DNA of 63,481 nt, counting the filler, from Octopus bimaculoides (lineage: Eukaryota): NCBI RefSeq assembly GCF_001194135.2. It is 4 parts of 3 records of this genome, joined end to end, with 100 filler letters (N's around TTAATTAATTAA, not from the genome) between each part and the next. Parts side by side here need not be neighbours in the genome. Positions count along the whole stretch, not along the records: positions 29,135 to 60,087 come from NC_068983.1; 3 more parts are not named here. The stretch is one strand, 5' to 3'. Positions 38,765-52,720 of the stretch are shown here, in pieces. The notes under the pieces are model-generated. The model was not told where the DNA came from and did no database searches. It worked only from the letters and a program-made list of their open reading frames with translations. Each line of letters starts with the position of its first letter. Position 1 is the first letter of the stretch. The translations under genes and the position numbers were made by a program.

Positions 38765-40539
38765 TTGTTTTTTGGTATCTCTTATGATGGATAAGACCAG
38801 GTACATAAATAGCTGGTCAAGCATCTTGTGTGACATTTAGCTTTTCATTTACCAATTCAATACCAGCTGAAATAAAGAGTGATATGGATTTGAAGAGCTT
38901 TGGAGGAAAAACACAAGAAAGTTAAAAAATGTGATCAGATGAGCTACTATACTAAATTAGTTTCAATTCACCACAGAATCTTCTTAACTATTTGACCATG
39001 CTGCTTCTAAATCACACCACAAGTAAAAGAAGTTTGTGGGAGAACATTGATTTCGACTTTAGAGCAATTAATTGATCTGTAAGTTGTATCCATTATCCAT
39101 TTATATTAGGCTTTGTATTTACCTGGAGAAGGCAACTACATCAATTCTCTTTTCTGACTCAGAAGAAGTTACAGCATAGAGCTGTTACTTATCTTTGGTT
39201 TCTGTAGTGATTATGTTGTTGAGAACTGTATTTCTCTCTATAATGGGATGTTTAGTCTATTACAAACAGCTTTTAACATTAAATTTGGTACAACAAACTA
39301 ACAAGTCATAGAAGAGTGCTGAAGTTTGTTTGAAGCATTGCAGAGGGAGAGGGGGAGGGTAGAGAGAGAAAGAGAGAGCATACAGTTATTAGATAACTCT
39401 AGGTCAGTTGTGTCATTTGAGAAAAATTTAGTTGCTATTTCTAGCAGGTTGGCTGACTGTATAGAGACTCCATTGTCGGCTGATATAAGACAGTGCACAA
39501 CAGAGGGCAGCAGGTTAACTGGCAATCACAAGTAAAATTTACAGTTCAGACATTTGTAGAGACCTCATTTTCTGTGTTATTTTAGTGTGTCACCAATGAA
39601 AGATTATTAATCTGTCAGCTACTTTAGCTCTTTAAACAAAAATCAAACTATCTTCTCTCTCTTCTCTCCGCAGCAATGTGTTTAGTTGAATGAGAAATCT
39701 TTTCGGTGATGTCCATTTCTACTATTTTGAAAATGTTTATTACCTTATTTTCTTTTTACTAATAGCTGTTAACAGCTTGTACACATTTGACCTTATAAAC
39801 AAGAAAATACACATGGACACTTTCTACAACATAAATTATTTCACTTGACTTTATGAAACAAGAAAATATGAATGTACATTCTCACAAGACATTGTGCACA
39901 CCTAACTTTATAGCAATATTGAGTATTAATGTATTTTTTAGAGTTGTATTTACAAATCATGTGTTGTATTATTATCAATGAATTATTGTACCAACAAGAC
40001 AGGAAGAGGTCTATACAATTAAAGGGAAAATTATGCATAATATAGGCACAGGTGGGGCTGTGTGGCAGGAAGTTTGCTTCACATACACATGGTTCAGAGT
40101 TCAGTTCCACTGCACAACACCCTGAGTAAGTGTCTTCTCCTACAGCTTCATTCCAAACAAAGCCTTGTGAGGGGATTTAGTAGACAAACTGAAAGATGTG
40201 GATATATATATGTGTATGTATCTTTGAGTTAGTTTGTTTTGCACCACCAGCATTAGTTTGTTTACATCCTCATAATTTAATGATTTGGCAAAAGAGACCT
40301 ATAAAATAAATACCAGACTTTAAAAAAATAAGTACAGGGGGTTGATTTGTTCAACTGAAACCCCTCAAAGTGGTGCCCCAGCATCGCCACAGTCTAATGA
40401 CTGAAACAAGTAAAGGGTAAAAGATAAAAGAATTCATCATTATTGTTATCCCACCAATACTTTGGAAACAGCCTAAATTGAGAAAGACTTGAAAATCAAC
40501 GTAAGATCGTAATGATGTAAAGTAAATATAACAAATAAT

Positions 40540-40715
40540 CCAGAACCCTTGTCTGGTACTGGATCGATCCCAAAATCAATTCAGTTCATGCCAGTCATGG
40601 GGCCAAACATCCCTGAAAGTTTCATCCAAATCCATCCAGCAGTTCTTGAGATATCTTGTCCATGGACAAACAAACATGACTGAAAACAACACTCCCACCT
40701 TTACTAAAACAGAGA
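40540..40715 (+). mobile_element. Possible Helentron-associated (HINE-like) non-autonomous repeat
   Basis: cctgaaagtttcatccaaatccatccagcagttcttgagatatcttg...acaaacaaac...gaaaacaacact resembles the core and microsatellite layout of such elements (recalled, not searched). Confidence 0.4.
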
Positions 40716-41098
40716 TAATAAAGCATATAGAACAATACAGCCACAAAATATACAAAAAAGAACCACAGCATGAACATCTCCAGACAAGACTTTGAAGTGA
40801 TGTGCTCAATTTGAAAGAGAACATAAGTAATAAGTAAGATTGTGTCTGGAATTTGTAGTGTTAAGATACTTTACTGCAAATTAGTGTCTAGATTCTGTAG
40901 AGAACTCTAAGATAAATCAAGACAGTTGATGTTGGGAATTGTAGAATAAAAGTCATGTAGTAATTTAGACAAACAATATATATACTTAACACACATACAT
41001 GCACATATAAAGCAGAAGAAATGAATATTTATTACCAAACCAATATTAGATAATACTCGCAAATAATTTAATTGGAATTATTTTTATTATCATTATTA

Positions 41099-41290
41099 TT
41101 GGTGGTGAGCAAGCAGAATTGTCAGTATGCCAGGCAAAATGCTCAGCAGCATTTCGTCTGTCTTTATGTTCTGAGTTCAAATTTTTCAGGGTTGATAAAA
41201 TAAGTACCAGTTGAGCACTGGGGCTTATGTATTTGACTTACCCCTCCTCTGAATTTGCTGCCTTTGTGCCAAAATTTGAAACCATTATTA
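41099..41290 (+). mobile_element. SINE family A copy
   Basis: ggtggtgagcaagcagaattgtcag...ttctgagttcaaat...gataaaataagtaccagttgagcactggg. Similar copies at 45480-45720 and 54735-54945. Confidence 0.8.
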
Positions 41291-41297
41291 TTATTAG

Positions 41298-41640
41298 TGA
41301 CACTTGTTTACTGATCATGCTTCAAAAATTCTGCGAAGGACTCTTGCAGTTCCAAGCAATGATGATTTTTGTAGTTGTTCTAGCTTTACAGTCATTCCAA
41401 TCTTTTTGAGCCATGTTGGTAGTTGGGCACTGGCATTTCCAAGTGCACTAATCAATATTGGTATCACATCCACTTTCTTCATTGAACACAATCTGCATAT
41501 CCACATAATCTCTGTTCCATATTTTCAAACATTTCCATCTCTTTTCATTCTCTGTTCATTTGTTGTCCGTATCCTCTGATTGATATGCCATTTGCATCCA
41601 CTGGAATGCTCCAATAGTAACACTCCGTAACCATCATGTT
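41298..41640 (-). mobile_element. 3' end of an R4/Dong-type LINE (RLE domain)
   Basis: KKVDVIPILISALGNASAQLPTWLKKIG...LQKSSLLGTARVLRRIFEA*, followed on the minus strand by taataataat. Confidence 0.8.
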
Positions 41641-41809
41641 TACTTGTTTACACCACTCTCATCTCACAGCATGGCTAACAGTTTAAAAACAGTAATTAAA
41701 AAAAATAACTTTAATATTTCCTTAAGAAAAGAATCAAATGTTAAGTGCACCACATTGGAATATATTCCTTTATTTTATGCCACTCAGTCAAGGAGAGTTT
41801 ACCTTGTCT

Positions 41810-42005
41810 TATTTGGTGACGTCACCAGTGCTGGTTCCACATAAAAAGCACCCAGTCCACTTTGTAAAGTGGTTGGCATTAGGAAGGGCATTGAGCTGTA
41901 GAAACCATGCCAAAACAGACAATAGAACTTGGCACAGCCCTCTAGTTTGCCAGCTATTGTCAAACCATCCACCCCATGTCAGCATGGAAAACAGATGTTA
42001 AACAA
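41810..42005 (+). mobile_element. Interspersed repeat family C (SINE-like)
   Basis: gtgctggttccacataaaaagcaccc...ggcattaggaagggcat...agaaaccatgccaaaac...caaaccatcc..cccatg, also at ~44030-44255 and partly at ~36240-36370. Confidence 0.7.
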
Positions 42006-42309
42006 TAACACCTATCCCACTGAAATCTACACTGCTGCCATCGATGTCACCGGAAAAATGTGTCCAGAAAAGGTTGCAATGGTAAACAGTTGAGAAACTC
42101 AACTCAGGAATACATAATTATACATATAATTCAATATATATATATTGTATAAAATTATATGTATAATACAACAGTTATGAAGTATAAAACATTGTACATC
42201 ATAAGTAAAAGATATTATAGATAGGTTTTGTTTGTTTCAATTAGTCATAAGTTATTGAAATTTGTCTGAAAAATATAATTTTCTGACAGAAATTATATAT
42301 ATATATATA

Positions 42310-42500
42310 TATGGGAGAATATACAAATAATAACAACAGACGAGGACAGGTGGTGTAAATAACAAAAGTATATATTAGTATGACGCTCGGGAATACGGAA
42401 AGTCTTTGACGTTTCGAGCTACGCTCTTCAACGGAAAGAATACGGAGACAAGGAGAAAAACACGGAGAAAAAAAATTGAATAGTGTTCAGTCAACGGTCA
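42310..42500 (+). mobile_element. Penelope-like terminal (pLTR/tail) fragment
   Basis: gtctttgacgtttcgagctacgctcttcaac carries the GACGTTTCG..CTCTTCA signature typical of PLE ends; a similar tail occurs at ~50640-50770. Confidence 0.45.
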
Positions 42501-43411
42501 ATCATAATATATATATATATATATATATATCAAATGTATCTGTAGGTATATAAGCATGTGTGTGCATATAACTATATATATATAGAAATGTTTGTGTATA
42601 TATATGTGTGTGTGTATATATGTATAGGTATATATATGTGTGTGTATATATATATATATATGATACACGTATATACATACACACACGCATACGTCTGTTT
42701 ATATATTTTAGATTAGTTTGATTTTTTCACGCAACAAAACATCTCATCTCACTGTAATTTCAAAAGTGCACACCTTTCACTATAATTATATTTTAGAATA
42801 TCTTGGCTTTGGAAATTTTTTCACACGTGTATATAAAAAAAAAAAAAAACATGCGTGTTTGTGTGTGTGAGTATGCATGTTTATATTTTATACATATGTA
42901 TATCCATGCATATGTGTGACTGTATACATGTGTGTGTGTGTGTGTGTGTGTGTGCATGTGCATGAGTATAGATAGGTATATGTAAATTTATATATTACAG
43001 ATACACAGATGGATAGATATTTACACATAGAAATATATTTATCTTTATAAATATATATATATATATATATATATACATCTCTTAATCCTTTTTGCTCCAT
43101 GTGGAGCATAGGGCCTCAACAGTTATTTTCCACTTTTTGTGGTCATTGGCGTGTTTCTTGGCTGCTTTCCCATGTCAGGCCGGTGGTCCTGAGCTCATCC
43201 AAAATACTCCGCTTCCATATCTGTTTTGGGCGTCCTCGCTTCCTTTTCCCCTGCGGGTTCCAGTCAGGTGCATGTCATGTCACATTTGAGGGTTCTTTCC
43301 ACAGTGTGTGTCCAATCCATCTCCATTTCCTTTGTCTAATCTGAACATGTATCAGCTCATTGGTTGTCAAGTGATGTTGGGGGGGACAAACACAGACACA
43401 CAAACATACAC

Positions 43412-43448
<37 letters not shown>

Positions 43449-44252
43449 CGACAGGCTTTTTTCAGTTTCCGTCTACCAAATCCACTCAAAAGGCTTTGGT
43501 CGGCCCGAGGCTATAGTAAAAGACACTTGCCCAACGTGCCACGCAGTGGGACTGAACCCAGAACCATGTGGTTGGTAAGTAAGCTACTTACCACACAGCC
43601 ACTCTTGTGCCTATAAACATATATGTGTATATACATTTAAATAAAGATGTATTATTACCGTTATTAATGATATTAATAAGGTAACAATAAGATGGCTAAA
43701 TTAATACCACTTGCTAAAATCAGAGCCAAGACTTCGAAACCACGAGAAACTCACTATAAACATACACATGAGCAATGCAATGAACATATGAGAAATAGGT
43801 TTACCTTTGCGCTGAATACATTAGTAAGTAAAGTACATTTCAATACCAATTGACTTCACCCTCTGTATGACCAACATACTGTGGGATCTTCAGTTGAAAA
43901 TAACATTTTAATATCTATTTCTAAAATATTCACTACATTAGCTCGTGTACATTCCTTGCTTAAAACACACACACACACAGACATAGGCTCATCCTTTGCA
44001 ACCCTTTCAAGTTGAGCATCCCTAATGTGGGGTTGTGCTGGTGCTGGTGCTGGTGCTGGTGCCACGTAAAAAGCACCTGTGCTAGTGCTGCTTTAAAGCA
44101 CCCAGGATATTCTGTAATGTGGCTGGTATTAGGAAGGGCATCCAGCCATAGAAACCATGCAAAAACAGACATGGTCCCTGAACAGCCCTTCAGCTGGTCG
44201 GCTCTTGTCAAACCATCCAACCCATGCCTACATGGGAAATGGATGTTAAATC

Positions 44253-44254
<2 letters not shown>

Positions 44255-44299
<45 letters not shown>

Positions 44300-44321
44300 G
44301 GTGATGGTGGTGATAATGATG

Positions 44322-44392
<71 letters not shown>
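44255..44392. repeat. Compound (GAT)n(GGT)n(GT)n microsatellite
   Basis: Direct reading. Confidence 0.97.
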
Positions 44393-44393
<1 letters not shown>

Positions 44394-46529
44394 CAAATGT
44401 CTAATCATTATGTGAATTCACATAAAAATATTGTTATAAATGATGTTTATGATCTCACTGATAAGATTTTTAAAACTGTTACAGAAAGAGCAAAAAAATG
44501 AGTATAGGCATAATTAATGATTTAATTAAGCAAATAATTTAGAAATAATAAGCATGGCTGTGTGGTAAGAAGCTCGCTTCCCAACCACATGGTTCCAGGT
44601 TCACTACCACAGTGCCACCTCAGACAAGTGCTTTCTACTATAGCTTCGGGCTGACAAAAGACCAAAGCCTTGTGAGTGGATTTGGTAGGTAGAAACTCAA
44701 AGAAGCCCATCACAGACACACACACACACACATATATATATTTGTGTGTGTGTCTATGTTTGTCTTCCACCACTGCTTGACAACTAGTGTTGGTGTGCTT
44801 ACATCCCCCATAACATAGGAGTTCAGCAAAAGAGGCTGATAAAATAAGTACCAGGCTTAAAGAATAAAAAGTACTGGGATTGATTCATTCGACTAAAATT
44901 CCTCAAGGCAGTGCCCCAGCATGGCCACGGCCTAATAACTGAAACAAGTAAAAGAATAAGAAAATTGAAATATCTCTTTGTTTTGTTTTAAATATATTTT
45001 TTTAAATATTGGTATACATGCATGCCTGGATGGTTCAGAAGCATGCTTCGCAACCATGTGGTCTAGGGTTCAGTCCCACTGACTGGCATCTTGGTTAAGT
45101 GTCTTCCACTATAGCCCCAGGCCAACCAAAGCCTTGAGTGGATTTGCTAGACAAAAACTGAAAGAAGCTTGTTGTGCATGCGTATGCATGTGTGCATGTA
45201 CATCTGTGTATGCATGCACGCATGTGGGTGAGTGTGTATAATTGTCAAAACTCTGGATTTTTGTGGATTTCAAGTCAATGAGGAAACATCTACCTAGTTG
45301 CTCAATGTGCTAGAAATTGCAATCAAATGTCTCTAGAATCACTTCTTAACAATTTACAAGATTTTCTCTTGTAGTTCTATTCAGTCAAGGCTGATCTGGG
45401 ACTAAAGGTTATGTTAAACTTTTCATAAGTAGAAAGAAGTTTTTTATGTTAACATTTAGATGATATGTAAAGAAAGATTAAGGTAGCACAAGCTAGCAGA
45501 ATCATTAGTGTACTGGGTAAAATGTTTAGTGGCATTTCATCAGTTTTTATTTTCTGAGTTAAATTCCACCTGAGTCAACTTTGCCTTTCATCCTTTCAGG
45601 GTTGATAAAATAAGTACCAGTGAAACACCGGAATCAATAAAATAAGTACAAGTTGGGCATTGATGTAATTGTCTTACCCTTCCCTGAAATTGCTGGCCTT
45701 GTGCCAAAATTTGAAACCAATATGTAAAGAAAGATTTGAATTCCTAATCAGTGAGTCAAATTGTTGATTGCTTTCAATGAAACAGAATTTATTTATTTAT
45801 TTATCTATTTATTTATTTATTTGTTTGTTTAGCAATTTTAGTTAAGTAAAATAGATGCCAATGATGTTGGGGAATGTTGTCTGCAGCACTGAATGGATTA
45901 CGATTTTACATAGAAAGGGAGTTATCTTTTACCTCCTAGACAGAATATTATGAAATCTGAAGCTAAGCACTTGCCTTATGAGTCCTAGTGGACATGGAGA
46001 AGAGGACTTCACTAGGAAATATTTACTTTAATTTACCAACAGAATAGAGCAAAATATTACACTACTAAATGTTATCTTCCATCATTTCTGGCATCTCCTT
46101 TCCAATGAAATGCATATATGGAGATTGGTTTGATCTTTTTGACCTTCAAACATTCTGATGATCAAATGATTGACTTTTGTAGCAATCAATCGCATAAAAC
46201 CTTATACATTACATATAATACATAAAAGCCTACCCTATGTCATTGTTACAATACATCACACATCATTTATAACAACCACCAACGACCAACACTCACACCA
46301 CTGTTGACCTTCAACAACAATAATGTGCAACACATCTTCCTCTATCACCATAATATCCCTACACTTGATCAATCACCCCCACTCATAACATATCACTTAA
46401 TATAACAACCTATCATGTTATTCTACCTTAATACATCATTCTTTACCACCACACAAAACCACCCCATCCTACATCAATAAAATACACCACCACTGTATAT
46501 ATCGCCCTCTATTACCACTGTGACAATGA

Positions 46530-46725
46530 GCAAATGTTGTTTAATCTACTGAAATAGTTGCTAAATATCCTTCAAATTACTTCTTACTGTTTTATGTAAA
46601 ATAACAGTGGTCCTATATGTAAGAAATAGACAAGATGGTCATGCCTGGAATTCCTTTGATCGTGAGTCTACTTGGTCAGAGCTGATCTGGGACTGAACAT
46701 CAGTAACAACTTCAACAACAACAAC
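46530..46725 (+). mobile_element. Interspersed repeat family E with an (AAC)n tail
   Basis: gaaatagttgctaaat...caagatggtcatgcctggaat...gctgatctgggact...aacaacaac. Diverged copies at ~45290-45410, 49050-49145, 49865-50025, 57870-58030, 39385-39460 (-) and 16230-16330. Confidence 0.55.
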
Positions 46726-49700
46726 TGTGTTATCTGCTACCAGATATCACATTTTATTAAACCAACACATGCTTCTTATACCATGTTAAATTCCACATAT
46801 TCTCATCTGCAACTACATCAATCTTCCATTACATCCTCCACTGTAAGAACCTATATCAACCGGACACCTATCCACCAACAAAACATTAGAAAAGGAAAAC
46901 ACAACAAGCAGAATAAAGTACGAGTCTCAACACTAATTCAAAATTGAAAAAGTACAACAAATGAACTAGCAACGAGGCTTGAACTGACCTAATAATAGCC
47001 ACCTTAATCATTTTACCAATTATATCACATAGTATTTACATTCTTTTCTCACAGATATTTCGCAAAAGAAGGGAGTGCAATCTTAATGGGGGTTTAATCG
47101 GTGACAAAGTTATCCAGCGATTTTTGCTGTTCTTTATTCAATCTCAGTTTGGTGTTTGCAAAAATATAAGGTTTAATATTGTTAACAGACATACATATTA
47201 ACACTTTTTCTCTCCCTCCCTATGATGATGATGATGATGGTAGGGATTCAAACTTATGTACCCATTAATGTATAAACAAGGCCTCCACAACAAAACAACA
47301 CACTTTGTATCAACACAAAAGCACAATGACTTCAGATAAACCATCATCATTTATGTCAGAAGACCACTTTCTTTTCCTTTTCTTTTTAAGTAAGGACACA
47401 TGGTGGATGGAAAAGGTCTGAGGAGAGGAGTTTCATGTCAGATTGGGAAGCTTTGATGGAACCAAACTCTTTTTAATGAATTAGAGCAATTGAGCAACAC
47501 CAATATAGTCATGTCCAGAGATGACAGACTTATAAGCACCCACCACACTAATAAAGATCATACCAACATGACACAATACAGCTTGAAAGTGAAACGAATA
47601 GCAAATACAATATTCATAAAAGTCTTAGATATCACCCACAACATCCTTTTGGGATTATATAAGACCTTCAGAAAGACTATTAGCTTCCTCCTGGACCTAG
47701 TTATACACTAAAACACCATCAGGCATATCCTAAATGGAACAAGCAATTGAATACACTGAGCTGGGACAATGCAACTCTTTTCAAAGCAGCAGATCATTAC
47801 ATATAACCAGGCATAATGAGCTGTGAACACAAAGAGGTAATGAATAATTTATAAGAACAGGAAGGTGAATACAGTCTAGTTTAATGCACCATTCAATACA
47901 GTGTATTTGTATATGTAGCAAAGTAGTTCCTCTCTTCAGTAAGTAAGCTCTTGTTCAGAACATCAGAAACTACTCAATAAATAAAGTTTTCCATAAATAA
48001 AAATAACTTCAAGGTCACTTACAGAAGTCTTCAAGATTCCTGCATAACAGAAAATTGCTTTATGCTAAAATATGAACAAATATAATAATTTAAAGGGAAA
48101 ATCTGTCTTGTACATCAGTTTAATAAAGAGCCCATTTAAGAACTGTTTTTGCCAACACAACAGTTCCTTCAAACAATGCTCCATAATAAATAATATATCT
48201 AATCTCAAAACACATATGCAAAATTAAGGACAAAGGAAAGAACAGCACAATTACATAAATTCTGGACATAACAGCTTCTTCAAGATAGACAAAGAAATAC
48301 AAAATCTGTTTAGTGAGGAAATTTCCAACCTCCTTAGACAGAATATCAAAATTGATATCTTTTTGCTCTAATGACAATGCAGAAGCTTGTGTCAATGAAC
48401 CTGCTCTCTTTAACAAGTGTAGCCAGCTCCTTACTTGCATTCAAATTTGAATTTGATGAAGTCAGTAAAACACTTAACACTTATGGAGAAAATAGTTTAA
48501 ACCTAAAAACAAAACAGTAACTTGACATAAGTTGCATAGCTCTGAATTTATATTATTAAACATTCATTATTTTTCTCAGCACAAATGCACTTTCACAGGT
48601 TATAATGCAATTGCAATTAGCCCATGATGCTAAAAAAAAATAATAATAAAACAGGTTTTCCAACTCTTGTTCTACATTGTTGATGATCTGCCAGAAGGAG
48701 TAACCAAATCCTCTTCAAATCACGACCTAACATCTTATTAAAAAGAAAGTGACATGGTATAATGTTTGGGGTATAATGTTTGGGATGTTTTGGACATCCT
48801 AGCGATTAGGATGTCACACTCATAATCACAAGATTGTGGTTTCAATTCCTGAACTGAGTGGTGTATTGTGTTCTTGAATAGAACTCTTCCTTTCATGTAG
48901 CTTCAGTTCACTCAGCTGTAAATAAGTAACCTCCATGACCGGTATCCCATTTAGGGAGAATGTTGGGATCTCAGAAACTTATACAACAGAGTAACTGGGT
49001 AATCTGGTGTATGAGTCCTAGGACTCAAGACAGCACTTACTATATACACCATGTAAAGAAAAAAAGACAAGATGGGCATGGCTGGAATACTTTTGATCAC
49101 AGGTTTACTGAAAAGAAGCTGATTTGGGGTTAAACAATAAACATTATTATTAATCAACCAATGCTGATTCATAGACAGATTATATCCAGCTAATGTTATA
49201 TATATCACATGACCAATAGCTCATACATAATTTCCATTTCTCTTCTTATGTCTACTTGAAGCTGAAATAGAAATAGCAATTGAGAGTAAGTAGCTTGGAT
49301 CCACTCAGACAGAGCTGCAGCAAACCATGGTATGGGATTTCTACGCATAATTATATGTACACAAACACATTAAACACCATACCTTTTGGAAATATTAATT
49401 TGAGACTGATCTCGATTTATTAACTGCCTAATTAGATGTTATGTAAATACATCTGAAGAAAAAGCTTTATTTTCTTTTCTTTTTTTTTTTGGCTTCCAAT
49501 ATCATGAAAGATATTGGAAAATGTGAAATACAGACATAATATATACTAATATAAATTCTTTGTGTATGTACGTCACCAAATAAATACAGAATCAAACGTG
49601 AGAGAATATAAAGAGAAATAAGAGTATTAGATGCACACATACATGTGCATGCACACACACATGGGCATGCACGCACGCACGCGTGCACACACACACACAC

Positions 49701-51716
49701 AGCCAACCACAAAGCAGGGTCTGAATGAGGATCAAAGATGGCAACAGAGTTGAAAGAAAGAGAGCAAAGTAAAAGAAGAGATTATTGTTTGCTAAATCAG
49801 TTATGGTTGGATACTAGTATTATCAGTAGTTGTCAATACTGGAAATTTTGTTGAACCAACGAAGGAGCCTCTACTTGCCATTTAACCTGCTAGAAATAGC
49901 AGCTAATTCTGCAAATACACTTTACCATGTTGGACAATAATGGACTCATTGGATTATGTGATCCTAGAGGGAAGATTTGCCTTCAAATAAAGAGAGGATG
50001 GTCATAGCTAGAATGCCTGTGAGTGAAACTTAGTAGATGAAAACTGTGTGGAAGTCCATTGGATGCAGTGTACCCATAATTCAAATGGCTCAGTGTGTTA
50101 CATGTGGAGGCACATGGCTTAGTGGTTAAGGTGTTGGACTCATGATCATAAGATTGTAGTTTTGATTTCAGGACTAGGTAATGCATTGTGTTCTTGAGCA
50201 AAACACTTCATTTCACATTGCTCCAGTCCAGTCAGCTGGTAAAAACAAGTAATCCTGCAACAGACCAGCATCCCGTCCTGGGAGGAATATATATGCCTGA
50301 GAAATTGGCCCTATGCTCCTTACAGAGTAATGTGGACTAACTATTGTGTCATATACTGTATCATACTGATTTTGTTTGAATGCTGCATAGAGTACTCAAC
50401 CACTTGTTTATTTTTTAGACAGCAGGAATGGTAGTGCCAGACGGTAGCATTGTCTATCACTGAATGGCACCCATCATTAAATAAAGCACACCAAATCTAA
50501 CAGAAGCTGGTGTATCCATGAGAAGATTTCACTGCAACATCTAATGTAATGCCTGTGAAATAATGTCAAACTCCTCAAGTCAGAATAGTATAGTGTTGTT
50601 ACAATACAGTTAGTACAGTTATGTATACTGTTTATATTAGTCAAACTGGTATCTTCAACTTGATTGTTGATTTCACTACAATTTGGTTGTTGTATAACTC
50701 CAGCCTTCTTCAGGTGTCTTGTGTCAGTAACAATCAAGATGAGGACACCAGTCCAACTAATAGAAACGGTGTACATAATAAAAATTCCTGATCCCAGAAA
50801 TATACAGGGTGTCCACAAGGTCTGGGTACGTGGAGTAAATAAAATCATAACATAAACAATTAAATATAAGAAATAATAATTTCTTAAAGTATGTGTTAAT
50901 CCCCATGTACCTAGACTTTGTGGACTCCCTGTAGAATAGCACTGATGTTATTGAAGTTGTTTAACCCCAGGTCAGTCCTGCTTGAGAAGAGCTAACATTC
51001 ATGTTATGACTATCTAGTTTTTATCACCATGCCCACCACCACCACCACCACTGGCCAATTTAGTGTATCTAGGACTACATTATCCAAGTTATAAGGTCAT
51101 AGACAAAAAATTCTTAATTAAATAGTCATATTCATTACAGAAAAGGTACAAAAAATGCAGCAGCAACAATGAGCAACTCTCAAAGAAAGGGGAGATAATT
51201 CAGAAACTAAGAATTAATCCATCAGTTATTTTACATGTTTAGGGAAAAGCTTGAGCTTAGTTTACAGGGCCTCCAAGGCTGACAAGAGGGAAGGAAGGAG
51301 AAAGGTATCTTCAAGCTGGAGACCTGCTTATAACAAGGGTACCCAACATGTCAGACTGGACAACAGATTAATTTGATCACCCAAATAGGCCATAGTGGGA
51401 TTTGCAGAAAGCAAGTAAGTCAAATAAATGCTGCAAAGTATCCAGTCCAAAGGTCCATATGTTCCGTAAATCCACAAACCTGGATCAGTGTTTTTTTTGT
51501 ATCAAATGCCAACTGGATGAAAGGCAAAGTTGACCTTGGCAAGATTTGAAATCTGAGCATAGAGAATCAAAACAAATACCACAAGGTATTTTATCTGACA
51601 CTCTTCCAATCTTCAGAATTCAATGTTAATTCATTGAGTAGGGTACAGGATTAATTGAACACTGAATAGTCATAAATGAAACAGATGGATATGCATGCAT
51701 CTGCATACACACACAC

Positions 51717-51767
<51 letters not shown>

Positions 51768-52134
51768 GAAATAAACTCCCAGATTTGAAGTAAGTTTGCT
51801 GAGCACAAAACTGTTGGCCTTTGAGTCACTTTTGTAACTTTCTGCCAATTAAAGATAATATAAAAAGGCATATATACTCACGTATACCTTCTATTTCTGA
51901 AGTTGCCCTATCATACCTTTATTTTGTTGCCAACATACTGAACACTATCATTTTTGTTTTATTTTTTGCTTTTTTTAATACATACATACATACATACATA
52001 TATATACACACTCACATGCATGCACACACATATAAAATGCACTTTAATTGAAATAAAGTTTCCCCAAAATTAGACATCTAATATAATAAATTTGAATGTC
52101 AGTGTGTCACACTTTTTCAACTTTAATAAATCCT

Positions 52135-52340
52135 TTCTACTGGAAGCACAAGGCCTCAAATTTGGGGGAAAGGGATTAAGTTGATTACATTGACCTCAAT
52201 TCATAACTGGTACTAATTTTTTCGACCCCATGAAAGGCAAAATCAACCTTGGTGGAATTTGAGCTCAAAACCTAATGGCAGACAAAATACCGCTAAGCAT
52301 TTCACCCAGCGTGCTAACAATTTTGCCACCTCACCACCTT
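52135..52340 (-). mobile_element. SINE family A copy flanked by a ~45-bp direct duplication
   Basis: SINE body as in the other copies; flanking repeats at 52081-52125 and 52354-52398. Confidence 0.75.
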
Positions 52341-52454
52341 AATATATCATAATATATAATAAATGTCAATGTCAATGTGTCACACGTCTTCAATTTTACT
52401 CCTAGAGGCCGTAGCCCAACATATCATAACATTTTGGAATCAAGCTGACACCAC

Positions 52455-52720
52455 AAGTAAATTATAAACATTCTGGGCCAAATCTGGATCCACAATCCTG
52501 AAATCTTGGGTTCCAAAGTTTTCAATACTGTGATTGTTTTTGGCAATTTTTTTATGCAACTTTTTGCGACAAATTTTTTCGTATGATAATTTTTATAATC
52601 TAAAGACTAACTCCATGAGTAAATTAAAAACATTCTGGGTCGAATCCGGACCTGCAATCCTGAAGTTTTGGATTCCTATGTTTTCATTACTGCGATTGTT
52701 TGCAGCAATTTTTTTGCAAC
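52455..52720. repeat. Tandem dimer of a ~162-bp unit
   Basis: aagtaaattataaacattctgggccaaatctggatccacaatcctgaaat (52455) versus gagtaaattaaaaacattctgggtcgaatccggacctgcaatcctgaagt (52617). Confidence 0.8.

Noticed and set aside
38853-38866. Possible 14-nt microexon (ctctttatttcag|CTGGTATTGAATTG|gtaaat)
   Set aside because: No stop-free reading exits in phase 1, so it cannot join the TM exon in frame.
39123-39185. Minus-strand peptide YAVTSSESEKRIDVVAFS, resembling YASRYEETRIDVIPIY of the TM exon, ending at a gtaaat donor
   Set aside because: Only 9 nt are shared, there is an in-frame stop just upstream, and the exit phase (2) does not fit the phase-1 acceptor at 37841; probably coincidence.
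48120-48440. 106-aa minus-strand ORF within the putative intron
   Set aside because: No recognisable domain, TNFR cysteine spacing or flanking splice sites.
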